Assembly (NCBI GenBank): GCA_950097015.1
Contig: CATNEN010000034.1
Span: forward strand, 6,882,001-6,946,000
Length of the DNA: 64,000 nucleotides
Direction: 5' to 3'
From: Macrostomum hystrix
Lineage: Eukaryota > Animalia > Platyhelminthes
The notes beneath the pieces were generated by a model that made no database searches, had not been told where the DNA came from, and worked only from the letters and a program-made list of their open reading frames with translations. The translations under genes and the position numbers were made by a program. Positions 37,923 through 49,630 of this stretch are shown here, piece after piece (position 1 is the stretch's first letter; every line of letters begins with the position of its first letter).

Positions 37923-38639
37923 CTGCAGAAACCAAATGCTGTATAATTAATCACTGCAGCAGCGTTACTGTTTCTATTACAAAACTGTTATGCAGGACAC
38001 ACCATAAATTGCTATCAGTGGACTTGCAGATGCTGATGGTATTTACTGGAAAATTTTATGCATTATAAATTTATAAAAAATGGCATAGGTAACCTCAGAC
38101 AATTATCTGCTTCAATTTTTTTTTGTTTCAGTTTTGGCAATTACATGCATCATTGTCTTAATTTGCTTTACTATATGCAGCCATTGAAAATTGACAAAAA
38201 AAAAGTTTTATGGTACAAAATATTATGTTACTATTTCTGCAATGCACCAGACATGTGTCCACCATTTTATTTCTTCCTATAGGGATTGATAAAAAGGTTG
38301 GTTGTACAAGAATTCTAGATATCTAACTGGAAGTGAAGGCTTTAGGCAGGGGGTGTACAAAACTGGGTGAGTGAAAAATCCCTGTTGCAAGGATGAAGGG
38401 AATTTTGTATTAGGGAGAACTGGCAGTCCATTGACAGTTAGCAGCAAAAGTCATGTTGCTTGTCTTTGACAACACTAGGAAGTTGGTTGCACTCAAGCTG
38501 GCATACAATGTTGGCAAGTAAGGCTATCTTATCTTGAGTGAGAAAACTCAGCAGCCACATTTTCCATTCAGTGTTACTCAAATTGATGCTGTAGCTCTCT
38601 GCTTGAGCTGGAAAAGCTGTTGGCTGCAGTCACTCAGGA

Positions 38640-38946
38640 AACTGCCTGAGTTTTGTAGGAATGGCATCTTTTTTTAGCCGGCACTAGATGAGATCAAGGA
38701 CGATTAGTGTCTTGTGAAGATTAGTGTAGCAAAGTTGTCCATCGTGAAGTGCAAGGAGCGCAAGGTGCAAAGAGTCTTGATTGCATTTTTACTGAATAAT
38801 TTTCTCTCTGAATTTGTCACAACCATTCTTGGAGTAATATTCATGATACATTGAAACAAGATCCTGATAGCAGCTTCTGAAGTCATAGCGGAGCTTTGCC
38901 TCAGGTATCCAGAATGGCAGTTGAATGCAGTACACTTGTAAACCAT
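38640..38946 (-). mobile_element. Decayed THAP domain (P-element/THAP9-like transposon remnant)
   Basis: MVYKCTAFNCHSGY...ITPR...LC..SLHF, then after a stop/frameshift RLKKDAIPT (the AVPT box of THAP domains). Confidence 0.7.
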
Positions 38947-41179
38947 TTCCTTGAGCTCGGAGTAAAAACAAATCTTTCAAAGATCATCCACAGACAAATG
39001 ATCTCATAGTTTATAGTATTTTATAAGCAAAACAAACCCCTGAACATTTGGACTGTACAATTGTTTAGCGCCCTCATTCAAAAAACAATGTAGGCCTAGG
39101 GGCCTACTAAAACTACTATGAACCCTCCCAGTTGAATGAGTCTCCAATATTATCCTGTTTTCATAGGCACATTTGAATCAGTTTTTTTATCTCTATAAAG
39201 TAAACAGAGATACTTTAGTTCGGACTTTTTGCTTGTATTTTTCCTTTCTTTCCTCTTAGGGATATCATTACCCCCTCCATTTTTTAAAGGTTAGGAAAAT
39301 GCATATCATTCATGCTTGGTCCAGTCAGCCCAGTCTTTTATGCCTCTAGACCCCACTCACCAAAGCCTTTACTTCCAGTTAGATATTTAAATATATATTT
39401 TCAAGCTTACCTTATTTGCTGCAAACAACTCACAACTGTTGTGACAGTGAGCAAACTGAGTAGTACAAAATTATTGATTTATCACTACAGGACTAAATTT
39501 AGGCTTAAAATAAGTAATATATGTGATATATGTACACAAAAAACTGAAACGAAATTTAATTATCAGCTAATTCATAGTTGGTGTGGGCCTTTTTGTTTAA
39601 AGCATTCTAATTGACAGCACAAGTCTTAATTTACACACTTACCTTATTAGACATTCTGCCCCAATCTACCTCTTGGACTGTACAGTTAAAATTGTTCTTT
39701 ATTTTTTCTCAAACATATTGTTAAGCCAACATACAACTAGGCCATACAAAAAAGAAAAACATATGGTGGCACTGGTAGGCCTAGGCCTAATAGCATAGAC
39801 ATATAGGCCTAGCATAGACTAAGCAGACTGTAAGAGTGTAAGTGTATACTAGAACTATATTTTATAGCTGTGAATTAAATGTTGGAAAGTAGCTGTGTTA
39901 GTTAAGTTAGGCCTATACACATATTTTTTCTTTATCTAGACTATAGGGCATACAATAGGCCTATATGTTAGTAATAGGCCTACAAAATATTTTTTGCAAA
40001 GTCCAGCATCTTGTCTTGCATTTGGTTTATTGATGGACCATGGCACCTAAGACTTTATTCACATATGTTTTTGTTCACAAACTGTTAAACTAATTAGAGA
40101 GTTGTAGTAGTTATATCGTCTGTGAATCAGTTCCAGGAAATCCGCGGGTTTCTTTAACGACCAAAGGTTCCAGGAAACACATTGTAAAACAATTTCAAGA
40201 AATATTTCTAGCTACCAATGTTTAAAAGAAAAAATATTTATTTTTCACAGTGTTTCTATTTGAAAAAACCAATACTTAGGCTTAGATAGTCTCTACTATG
40301 TTACTGATGTTATCGTAACATTTTACTAAGAAGCACTCATCGAATCACGATTTTTATGAGTTTGGAATACTTCAGACTTCAAATCTGTGTTGTATAAATG
40401 AAGGCTTAAACCATTAAAAATAAGACGCAATCAGCCGTTTTAAATTAAAAAATCTGAAATCCACAGTACATACATAGATTACTATAAGTTCCAGTTTTAT
40501 TAAACAGTAGCTTACAAGTAATCGCTTGCAACAATAAAACTGTTTAAATATTGTTTTTTGCGTTCTTTACAGGTTGAATTCTTGTGTAGTACTTGCTAAA
40601 ATTGAAAATAAGTTTGCATGATATATCAATCAATTCGAGTCAATGCGAGTCTGATCGGCAGTCATTTTGTCACTATGCACGTGTACAATGTCAGACATTA
40701 TTATATGTATAGTGTCAATATAGTTACAATTGAATGCGGCAACCCGATTTCAATGCTTCGAGATCCCGTTGTAAGTGAATTCGATTTCGTCCATGTCAAG
40801 AAAAAGCGCGTTAAGAGTTCAAACTAATCACGGATCAATCGTTAGAAAAAAATTCGCGTTATCGCTGATAATTTCTACATTTGCATCTGTTAAACATCAT
40901 TTAATTTAAAAGTAACAATTTACGTAAATATTTGCTTAAATTTCAGTTTACGAACTGGATAGTTCAATTAAATACTATTTTTTAAGATCAGGTCAGATTG
41001 TAATGTAGTAGTGCAGTTAAGGGCTAGGTTTCGCATGCTTTACAAAAATCTACTTCATTTTTTATCAACATCTGTGCGGCAGAAGACACGATCAACGTTC
41101 CGATTTGAATAGACCGGCGATAGGGCTTAGGTCCACATTGGATACATATCGATGATTCATAACCACGACTGAAAAATTA

Positions 41180-41638
41180 CTCAGGGGGCACGAAGTACGG
41201 ACGGTTTGGGTCGAAATTGAAGCAAGCCACCAAGACTGATGTTACGCCACAGCACAGGATCCCATTGAGCGCGTCGAATTATCAGAGTCGATGGTGGAGA
41301 ACTGCTGGTTGTGCATCGATCGAACATCATCCAGCGGGAACTGGCCCACAGTCGACCTGCTCGCGTCAAGAGCACCCAAACTGGCCGGCCTGGAACTTGT
41401 CCGAGCCGTCAGCCACCGAGAAGTTGACGCTCTCGGCCCAGTACCAGGTGCCGTTCCAAACGCTAAACTTCCATCGGACTCTTCGACCACCGTTGAGCGT
41501 GAGCAGGTGAAGCCTTTCCAGTCCGATCCAGAAGTTTCCGTTCTCGCCCTGACCGAATTCGGTCAAGTATTCGTTCCAGGCTCTGGTGAAGCTCACGGAT
41601 CATGCATCTACCCGGTGTTGGAATGTACAATATTGAGC
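41180..41638 (-). pseudogene. Fibrinogen-related (FReD) domain pseudogene
   Basis: FQHRVDA*SVSFTRAWNEYLTEFG..ENGNFWIGLERLHLLT ... HNQQFSTIDSDN...CAVA*HQSWW. Lesions: in-frame TGA at ~41600, 1-nt frameshift at ~41392, TAA at 41242-41244. Confidence 0.85.
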
Positions 41639-43509
41639 CTGAAACTTATTTAAATGATGAGGCAACTTGCTTACATCTAGCTGGAATGTACTACCGAAGT
41701 ATAATCGATTAAATATGTAAAAAATAAATAACTTAACAATTTTAGTTTATCTCTATACTGTCTGATGTATAGAAACGCCTGAGCAGGATACGCTTCGCTT
41801 TCATATAGCCTGCAGATACCGAATGAAATTCTTTATTAGATTTATAACGCAGGCCGAGCTAATGGTGTAAGCGCCAGTCGTGTTTTTGCAACCCCGTTCA
41901 TTAATTAGCCCGCTAGTTGGATATTTCTACTTGTACAACTAGGACAGACTCAACTTGACAGTGCCGTCCTCCGCTGCCGTCGATTGAGCCGCGCCAGCCA
42001 GACACTAGCCGACTTATCAGACAGAAGCCGGTATTCTGCCATGTCGTCGGTTTCTCCTTCCACAGGTACGTTGTTCTCTGCACAATGCAGGTGGCTTTTG
42101 GCATATCGGAGCATAGGTGATACAGTTTAGGCATTTTACAGGACGTTTTTCTCAAAGCATGCATGTGATGGGGAGGTGTTTATAATCATCGATTTACATA
42201 GCAATGTATTGACTATCATAGCAAAAAGTTAAGGAGCTGCATTAAGCAATGGTCTAGCAAATTTTTGGCTTCCAAGTAGCTCATACAATTAACTCATTAG
42301 TCCTAAGCTAGACAGGAAACAGGCATGCTAATGGAGCTTCCGGCGCGCTAATGGAAGCAAAAGCAAGCGTCTTAGCCATTCCAAGATGATGGGGACTTCG
42401 GAAATACCCAAAACGATTCTCGCTGGTCGAATATTGTCGACTCGTTACGTGGACGGTTACGGAGGAGAGAGGACAGAGTCCCGCATCATGCCGACTCCGG
42501 CGGGGTGTCTGCATGCTGTCCGCAGAGACAGGCTTGTTATCCTCCGTCCGGGGTCCTGTGACCTTTGAACCCTATGATACGCTCCTACGAGCGTAAACTG
42601 GGATATTTATGTATATTCTTGTTTAAACCTGAAACGCGTTAGTCAACCATGAAGATACATTCTGAAATTCTGGTCGGCCTGCCATTCGCATGACCTAGTG
42701 CTAATCCAGATAATTACTGGGCACGTGTTTTTCATCTCCAGTAATTTCGCTCAGGTGAAGCGCGGAAGTGAAGCTCCGCGAGGGCTCTTTGTTGCATTGA
42801 TCAATGCGGTTCGCCGTGTGTCATTGCTCCGAACTCCACATTCATCTATCCGTCCCCCAGTTCATGTTTACAAACTCAAAGCTAGAATTACAAACAGATT
42901 TCCACCTATTTCCTAAAAATTTTAATTCGAGAATTTTTCGAAATAGATCGATAACAGACATCTAGCACTGCTAAAAGTGTGTTCACTGACTGACAATACG
43001 AAAGTCTCCATCTCGCCTGTCTCGCTTCTGAACGACGATTGTGAACCGTTAGTTTCTTATTTTAACTTTTGTGTAGATACTTTTTTAACAGCTTCTTCTC
43101 CTAGCGGCTAGTCATGAAAGTGTTGGAAATGCTTAATGCACTCTAAGCAATCAGTAATTTATTAATTGCAACTAAAGACCCAATCGATTTTTTATTTTGA
43201 TAATTAAAATATAATATTTTAGCAAGCCGTGTATTTATTCAGGCGTGAAAAAATCTGAAAACAGCAATTAAGCCTAGCCTGGGGCAGCACCGGGTGAGGG
43301 CATGCGTACAGTCAAGCGGAACGCGGGAGCATCTGACACTGAGCTCGGCGGGCACTCGGCAAAAAGACCGGAAATTTCGGAGCTAAAGATAACAAATATC
43401 TAATTTGACTCATTGGAGTTACCTTTTGGATAGTAAAAATAATACGTTTGATTAATACACGCATTCTTGAGCGTCCATTTTTATCCTGTGTTGTCGAATA
43501 ATATCCTAA

Positions 43510-44270
43510 TGCTTTATGTCGAACCTCACATCCTTGATTTCGAACCTCACATGCTTTATGTCGAACCTCACATGCGTTATGTCGAACCTCACATCCTTGA
43601 TTTCGAACCTCACATGCGTTATGTCGAACCTCACATGCGTTATGTCGAACCTCACATGCGTTATGTCGAACCTCACATGCGTTATGTCGAACCTCACATC
43701 CTTGATTTCGAACCTCACATGCTTTATGTCGAACCTCACATGCGTTATGTCGAACCTCACATCCTTGATTTCGAACCTCACATGCTTTATGTCGAACCTC
43801 ACATGCGTTATGTCGAACCTCACATCCTTGATTTCGTATCTCATGCACATCCTTGATGTCGAACCTCACATGCTTTATGTCGAACCTCACATCCTTGATT
43901 TCGTATCTCATGCACATCCTTGATGTCGAACCTCACATGCTATATGTCGAACCTCACATCCTTGATTTCGTATATCTTAATTGCACATCCTTGATGTCGA
44001 ACCTCACATGCTTTATGTCGAACCTCACATCCTTGATTTCGTATCTCATGCACATCCTTGATGTCGAACCTCACATGCTTTATGTCGAACCTCACATCCT
44101 TGATTTCGTATCTCATGCACATCCTTGATGTCGAACCTCACATGCGTTATGTCGAAACTCACATGCGTTATCCTTGATGTCGCATCTCATACACATCCTT
44201 GATGACGTATATCACATGCTTGATGATATGTATCACATGCTTGATGATATGTATCACATGCTTGATGTCA
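43510..44270. repeat. Minisatellite, 21-bp unit ATGTCGAACCTCACATGCGTT / CCTTGATTTCGAACCTCACAT
   Basis: Tandem copies that become degenerate toward the right end. Confidence 0.95.
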
Positions 44271-44432
44271 TCAGGGTCTCCGACAAGAACCGCTGATTAT
44301 CACGACGATGCTGACTCACACGGCTTTGAAAGTTAGTTCATCGTTTAAAGGGCTGAAAAATAGATTCATATGGTGAACTTTCACGAAAATCGGTCACTCG
44401 GTTTGGGAGCTCGTGAAGTAGGCGTTTGAAGC

Positions 44433-44812
44433 GGTAACGAATTGGCCGACAGCCTCGCTAAGGCCGGTTCGCTTTTTGGCCTCGTGCTGCGGTCTCCACC
44501 CGTACCGCCGTCCTCACCACTCGGATTAACCAGTTGGTGGCCTCTAAGCACAAGGATGCCGATTGTCGGCAGTCTCACGCTGCTGTTCCTTGTCCCTCCA
44601 CTTCCCTCCGCAAAGCCCTGCTTGGTCTTAACCACAGGGACATCAGGACAGTCACCATGGCCCTCTCTGGCCACGGCTGTTTCGCTAGGCACCGCTTCCT
44701 GCTAGGCAAAATCCGCAGTGAGAAGTGCCCTTTCTGCCTCTCCTACGTTGAGGATGCAGAGCATTTTATTTGCGATTGCCCCGCCTTCACTCAGGACAGG
44801 CTCACCTATCAA
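44433..44812 (+). mobile_element. 3' fragment of an RNaseH-bearing non-LTR retrotransposon (I/LOA/R1-type)
   Basis: [12 protein letters not shown] (RNaseH C-terminal motif). After a frameshift: [25 protein letters not shown]...[13 protein letters not shown] (zf-RVT CCHC knuckle). Confidence 0.85.
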
Positions 44813-45485
44813 CTGATGGAAAGATAATTTGTCAACTGATGCTAGGATAATTTGTCAACTGATGCTAGGATAATTTGTCAACTGATGGAAAGATAATTTG
44901 TCAACTGATGCTAGGATAATTTGTCAACTGATGCTAGGATAATTTGTCAACTGATGCTAGGATAATTTGTCAACTGATGCAAGGATAATTTGTCAACTGA
45001 TGCTAGGATAATTTGTCAACTGATGCTAGGATAATTTGTCAACTGATGCTAGGATAATTTGTCAACTGATGGAAAGATAATTTGTCAACTGATGCTAGGA
45101 TAATTTGTCAACTGATGCTAGGATAATTTGTCAACTGATGGAAAGATAATTTGTCAACTGATGGAAAGATAATTTTGTCAACTGATGCTAGGATAATTTG
45201 TCAACTGATGCTAGGATAATTTGTCAACTGATGGAAAGATAATTTGTCAACTGATGCTAGGATAATTTGTCAACTGATGCTAGGATAATTTGTCAACTGA
45301 TGCTAGGATAATTTGTCAACTGATGGAAAGATAATTTGTCAACTGATGGAAAGATAATTTGTCAACTGATGCTAGGATAATTTGTCAACTGATGGAAAGA
45401 TAATTTGTCAACTGATGGAAAGATAATTTGTCAACTGATGGAAAGATAATTTGTCAACTGATGGATGGACACTTCGTCAACTGAT
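44809..45485. repeat. Minisatellite, 23-bp unit GATAATTTGTCAACTGATGCTAG / ...GATGGAAA
   Basis: About 29 tandem copies starting at the end of the LINE fragment. Confidence 0.95.
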
Positions 45486-46187
45486 GGAGGGATAATGTAA
45501 CTTGACACAATTTCCTCAGTGAGATCAGTGCATATTGTAACTGCCTTTTCTGTGCATTCTTGCTCTGAGGAATCCTGCTCTGGGGATTAGAAGTTTTCCC
45601 TGTAATCCCTATTGATCTGTAATCTCCTGACAAGTTGTCAAAGTGTGGGAGCAACCAAAGTGTGAGCTATTTGAGCACCATCGCGACTTCAACTGCATCC
45701 CTGATGCCTATCAGTTGATGGGCAGTGTGTCCCAGCCAGTGTACTTTTACCATTACATTGCCACTGTGAAGGATTTCGGCATGGATATTGCTGAGTTCGC
45801 TAGCTGGGCCAGTGGAAAGACGGAAGTCGGCACGCAAGCTGCAATTGCGGTGAAGAAAGGAGGAAAATTTCTGATTTCCTCCATATTTTTTTAGTCTCTT
45901 GGGAGCGGATGGGACTCTGGGCAATTGAGAGCATTGAGCACTGCTCAACAAAAGCTACCGTTTTCAAAGATTTTATCGGCATTCTAAGAAAGAGAACATC
46001 GCCTGGCAGAGAATGAAATCTCTTGCCAATTCTGCTTGTTCGCTTTTGAAGGGTATTGCTGCTTCCATTTTATCGCAGGGCATGTATTTTAGTTAAAGTT
46101 CCGCTTGCGAGCACTAAAGCGTATCAAAGGAATGTCTCAGTGCGCACCATTATCAGTCCCTATTGGTGATCCAGTTCCCAATCCAGT

Positions 46188-46272
46188 TCCCGAATCCAGA
46201 TCCCGAATCCAGATCCCGAATCCAGATCCCGAATCCAGATCCCGAATCCAGATCCCGAATCCAGATCCCGAA
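46188..46272. repeat. 13-bp tandem repeat CCCGAATCCAGAT
   Basis: About 6 copies. Confidence 0.9.
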
Positions 46273-46684
46273 TTTATGAAAATGGTCAAGCTAAGCCTAT
46301 ATGAGATACTGGCGTGTTTTTGACATGGATAATGCCTCGGGAAATGCATTTTTTACAGTATCATTCAGCTAATTAGCGAAGTCTTCACAAGTACTAAACA
46401 ATAGTACCTACATTTATCTTGGGTAGTCCACAAAAGCAGCCTCTGAAATTTCAGTGTGAAGTGCGACTTTCTAAGAACTGAAAATGAGCCAGCAAGATCC
46501 CGCCTTGTCCTATAGGGATCAGCCGAGCGGATTGGCCCGAGCATGCAATCCAATCTAGCCGCACAGCTATACTATAGTCCGATCTTATTTCTGCCCTCCG
46601 GCTTGGGCAGGGCTCGACTTCGAAGACCCAGGACAGCTCCCAGTTGGATTTGGAATTCGACGCCACCTGATCCAGTTCGCAGAC

Positions 46685-47953
46685 ATGCACATATTTCCCT
46701 ACGAGCAGGCCATGTACGACCGATACAGCGCCTACCGACTGAGCAAGCTGGTAAAGTGCAGCGCGCCGCCGGTCCTGCTGGCGGTGGGCACCGCTGGCAA
46801 CCTACTCGGCCTGGCGGTGCTTCGGCGGCACTCCAAGACGGTGCCGGTGTACCTCTACCTCATCCTCATCGCCATCACGGACCAGCTGGTTCTGTCCACC
46901 GCCCTGCTCTGGAAGTGGCTCAAAGAGATGTTCGGAATTCGGCTTGAGACAATCAGCGAGCTGAGCTGCAAGCTCACCTCCTGCCTTCAGTTCTCATTCA
47001 GCTACGCCTCCGTCTGGCTCATCGTCGCCATGACAATCGAGCGGTTCTACGCCGTCATTTTTCCTCTGCGAGCTAGCACCAGCACCGACAGCGGGCGCAG
47101 GATTCGAACCACCGCCCTGGCCATCTGTCTGGCAGACCTGTTGCTCAACTCGCACTGGATGTGGACCGTTGCGCTGCAGCCCAAGCGCATGAACTATACG
47201 TACGGGGTAACTCTCTTCCAAGAAGCGGCTTCCAACACCTCCGGTGCGGCGAGGGACATTCGCGAGTACGCCTATCACGACTGCGACTTGAAGCCGGCGC
47301 TTGGCATAGCCTACACTGTCTACTGGCTGGACACCGTCTGCTACCTCCTGACTCCCTTCAGCCTCATTCTGCTACTCAACGCTGCCATGGTCGTCAGGCT
47401 ACTGCGTCCGCGCTGCCTCAGAGGATGGCGTAGCCGGCACGACGACAGCCAACGGCAGACGCTTCCTTTGAACACGCCGCAGAGCCTTCAGCAGCCGCCG
47501 CGCAGCCGGTCGGCCCGGCAGGTGACAGTCATGCTGAGCACGATCTGCGCCTTCTACCTGCTCTGCACTCTGCCCATCGCCCTGTTGAAGCTGTCCATTT
47601 TCTTATTCGACCTGACCGAATCGCGCGACATGGCCAGGATAGCGAACTTCTGCCTGATTGAGGCCATCGCCGAGATGATCATGTACCTCAATCACGTGGC
47701 CAACTTCTTCCTCTACATAGCCTCAGCGCAGCGCTTCCGTCAGGAGCTCCGCCAGACGCTTGGCTGCCTGTCTGGCGGAGCCGGGGCGTTCGGCGTCACG
47801 GTACCGGGCGGTGTCGGCGACAGGCGATTCAGCCGGCAAAGCCGCCTGCCCTCCGTGCGCACCGCAGTCGGCGCTCTGGACCGACTAGACCGACCGTCGA
47901 TTCGACCGGACTGCATCGAGATGCTGCCGATAGTCCCGACAACTGACTATTGA
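46685..47953 (+). CDS. Class A (rhodopsin-like) GPCR, neuropeptide-receptor-like, intronless, 422 aa
   Basis: Seven hydrophobic segments: VGTAGNLL, YLILIAITD, C...SVWLIVAMTIERF.AV.FP, LLNSHW, PFSLILLLN, FYLLCTLP, NHVANFFLY. Confidence 0.92.
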   Translation: MHIFPYEQAMYDRYSAYRLSKLVKCSAPPVLLAVGTAGNLLGLAVLRRHSKTVPVYLYLILIAITDQLVLSTALLWKWLKEMFGIRLETISELSCKLTSCLQFSFSYASVWLIVAMTIERFYAVIFPLRASTSTDSGRRIRTTALAICLADLLLNSHWMWTVALQPKRMNYTYGVTLFQEAASNTSGAARDIREYAYHDCDLKPALGIAYTVYWLDTVCYLLTPFSLILLLNAAMVVRLLRPRCLRGWRSRHDDSQRQTLPLNTPQSLQQPPRSRSARQVTVMLSTICAFYLLCTLPIALLKLSIFLFDLTESRDMARIANFCLIEAIAEMIMYLNHVANFFLYIASAQRFRQELRQTLGCLSGGAGAFGVTVPGGVGDRRFSRQSRLPSVRTAVGALDRLDRPSIRPDCIEMLPIVPTTDY

Positions 47954-48935
47954 CACTGGCTTCGCAATGTTTCCGAACAAGCGCCATTTTTTATCGGAAG
48001 ACGTTTGAAATTCAAATCTATATTTTATGAATCTGCTCCTAGATGATCCTCCCAAACCTTATTCTCTCGAGTCGCCATGTTCATGTCATATTGTGAAAAA
48101 GGCAATAAAAATCTGCTTAAAAGCTCTCGTTATTATGCCTTTTATATGTGAAGTTTGATATGATTTTACTTAGCTTTTTTTATTTTAGCCCTTCTGACTG
48201 AGATTTTCAACATTTTTTTTTATATTTGGCCGTTTTTGGAAGTCTCAGCTTGCCCATCGATAATACGTACTTAACTGGAAGATTCAAAACTAAATGCTGA
48301 ACAAGGATACAGTCGACTGTGGCAACTTATTTGTAAAAAAAGTGCTTACTCAGCTGGCTCAGGAAGCGAATTCTTTCCACTTGCCGGCCATGCTGGAAGC
48401 GACTGTCCTTCCAGACCACCGTCCTTCTCCCGTCCTGGGACACGCATCAGACTACAGCCTGTCCGTCTGTCAGCGCCCGTGGATTACGGCTTAAGCCTAT
48501 CCTTAGATTCCATCAGTGGCCTGAATGGCTCAAGCGTAACTACGCCGTGACTGCTACTGCTCACGCAGAACCGCGAACACTGCTCACTGCTCAAGCCGGT
48601 TACTAGGAGGAAAGCCAGTTTTACTTGACGCAATCCTCTTCAGATCTTCCATATGAGTTTTTACACATCGCGAAGCGCGTGCGAAAGGAAATGGGAATCT
48701 GGGCTTGCACGAGAAACACAGCGGTGTGGTAAGAAGGCCTGACTTAATTTGCGAATTCTTTTTCGATAATCTTCATTCGCCTTCGCGCGGCTTAAGAGCC
48801 CCGTCAGTGCCACTTCGCTCATTGCGCGCGAAGACGGTTAAATTAGAGCACACTGACGTTAATGAGTACTGGTTGCGCTCTTAAAGCGGCTAATTTGGAC
48901 TGAAATTCCCATTAGGACAGCCATGCTAACTACTT

Positions 48936-49630
48936 TGTGAACTTGTGAACAGGTGAACTTGTGAACAGGTGAACTTGTGAACAGGTGAACTTGTGAACAG
49001 GTGAACTTGTGAACAGGTGAACTTGTGAACAGGTGAACTTGTGAACAGGTGAACTTGTGAACAGGTGAACTTGTGAACAGGTGAACTTGTGAACAGGTGA
49101 ACTTGTGAACAGGTGAACTTGTGAACAGGTGAACTTGTGAACAGGTGAACTTGTGAACAGGTGAACTTGTGAACAGGTGAACTTGTGAACAGGTGAACTT
49201 GTGAACAGGTGAACTTGTGAACAGGTGAACTTGTGAACAGGTGAACTTGTGAACAGGTGAACTTGTGAACAGGTGAACTTGTGAACAGGTGAACTTGTGA
49301 ACAGGTGAACTTGTGAACAGGTGAACTTGTGAACAGGTGAACTTGTGAACAGGTGAACTTGTGAACAGGTGAACTTGTGAACAGGTGAACTTGTGAACAG
49401 GTGAACTTGTGAACAGGTGAACTTGTGAACAGGTGAACTTGTGAACAGGTGAACTTGTGAACAGGTGAACTTGTGAACAGGTGAACTTGTGAACAGGTGA
49501 ACTTGTGAACAGGTGAACTTGTGAACAGGTGAACTTGTGAACAGGTGAACTTGTGAACAGGTGAACTTGTGAACAGGTGAACTTGTGAACAGGTGAACTT
49601 GTGAACAGGTGAACTTGTGAACAGGTGAAC
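48936..49630. repeat. Perfect 16-bp satellite GTGAACAGGTGAACTT (two 8-bp half-units), ~43 copies
   Basis: No variant unit seen. ORFs 48926-49846 and 48930-49661 are by-products of the repeat. Confidence 0.97.

Noticed and set aside
38347-39042. CAGGGG(G)T...ACCCCTG as terminal inverted repeats of the THAP element
   Set aside because: Only about 7 bp match and there is no target-site duplication.
42386-42568. Short coding-like + strand ORF (MMGTSEIPK...)
   Set aside because: No recognisable domain or convincing splice context.
43312-44128. ORFs with VEPH/VRFD/SNLT repeats
   Set aside because: By-product of the 21-bp minisatellite.
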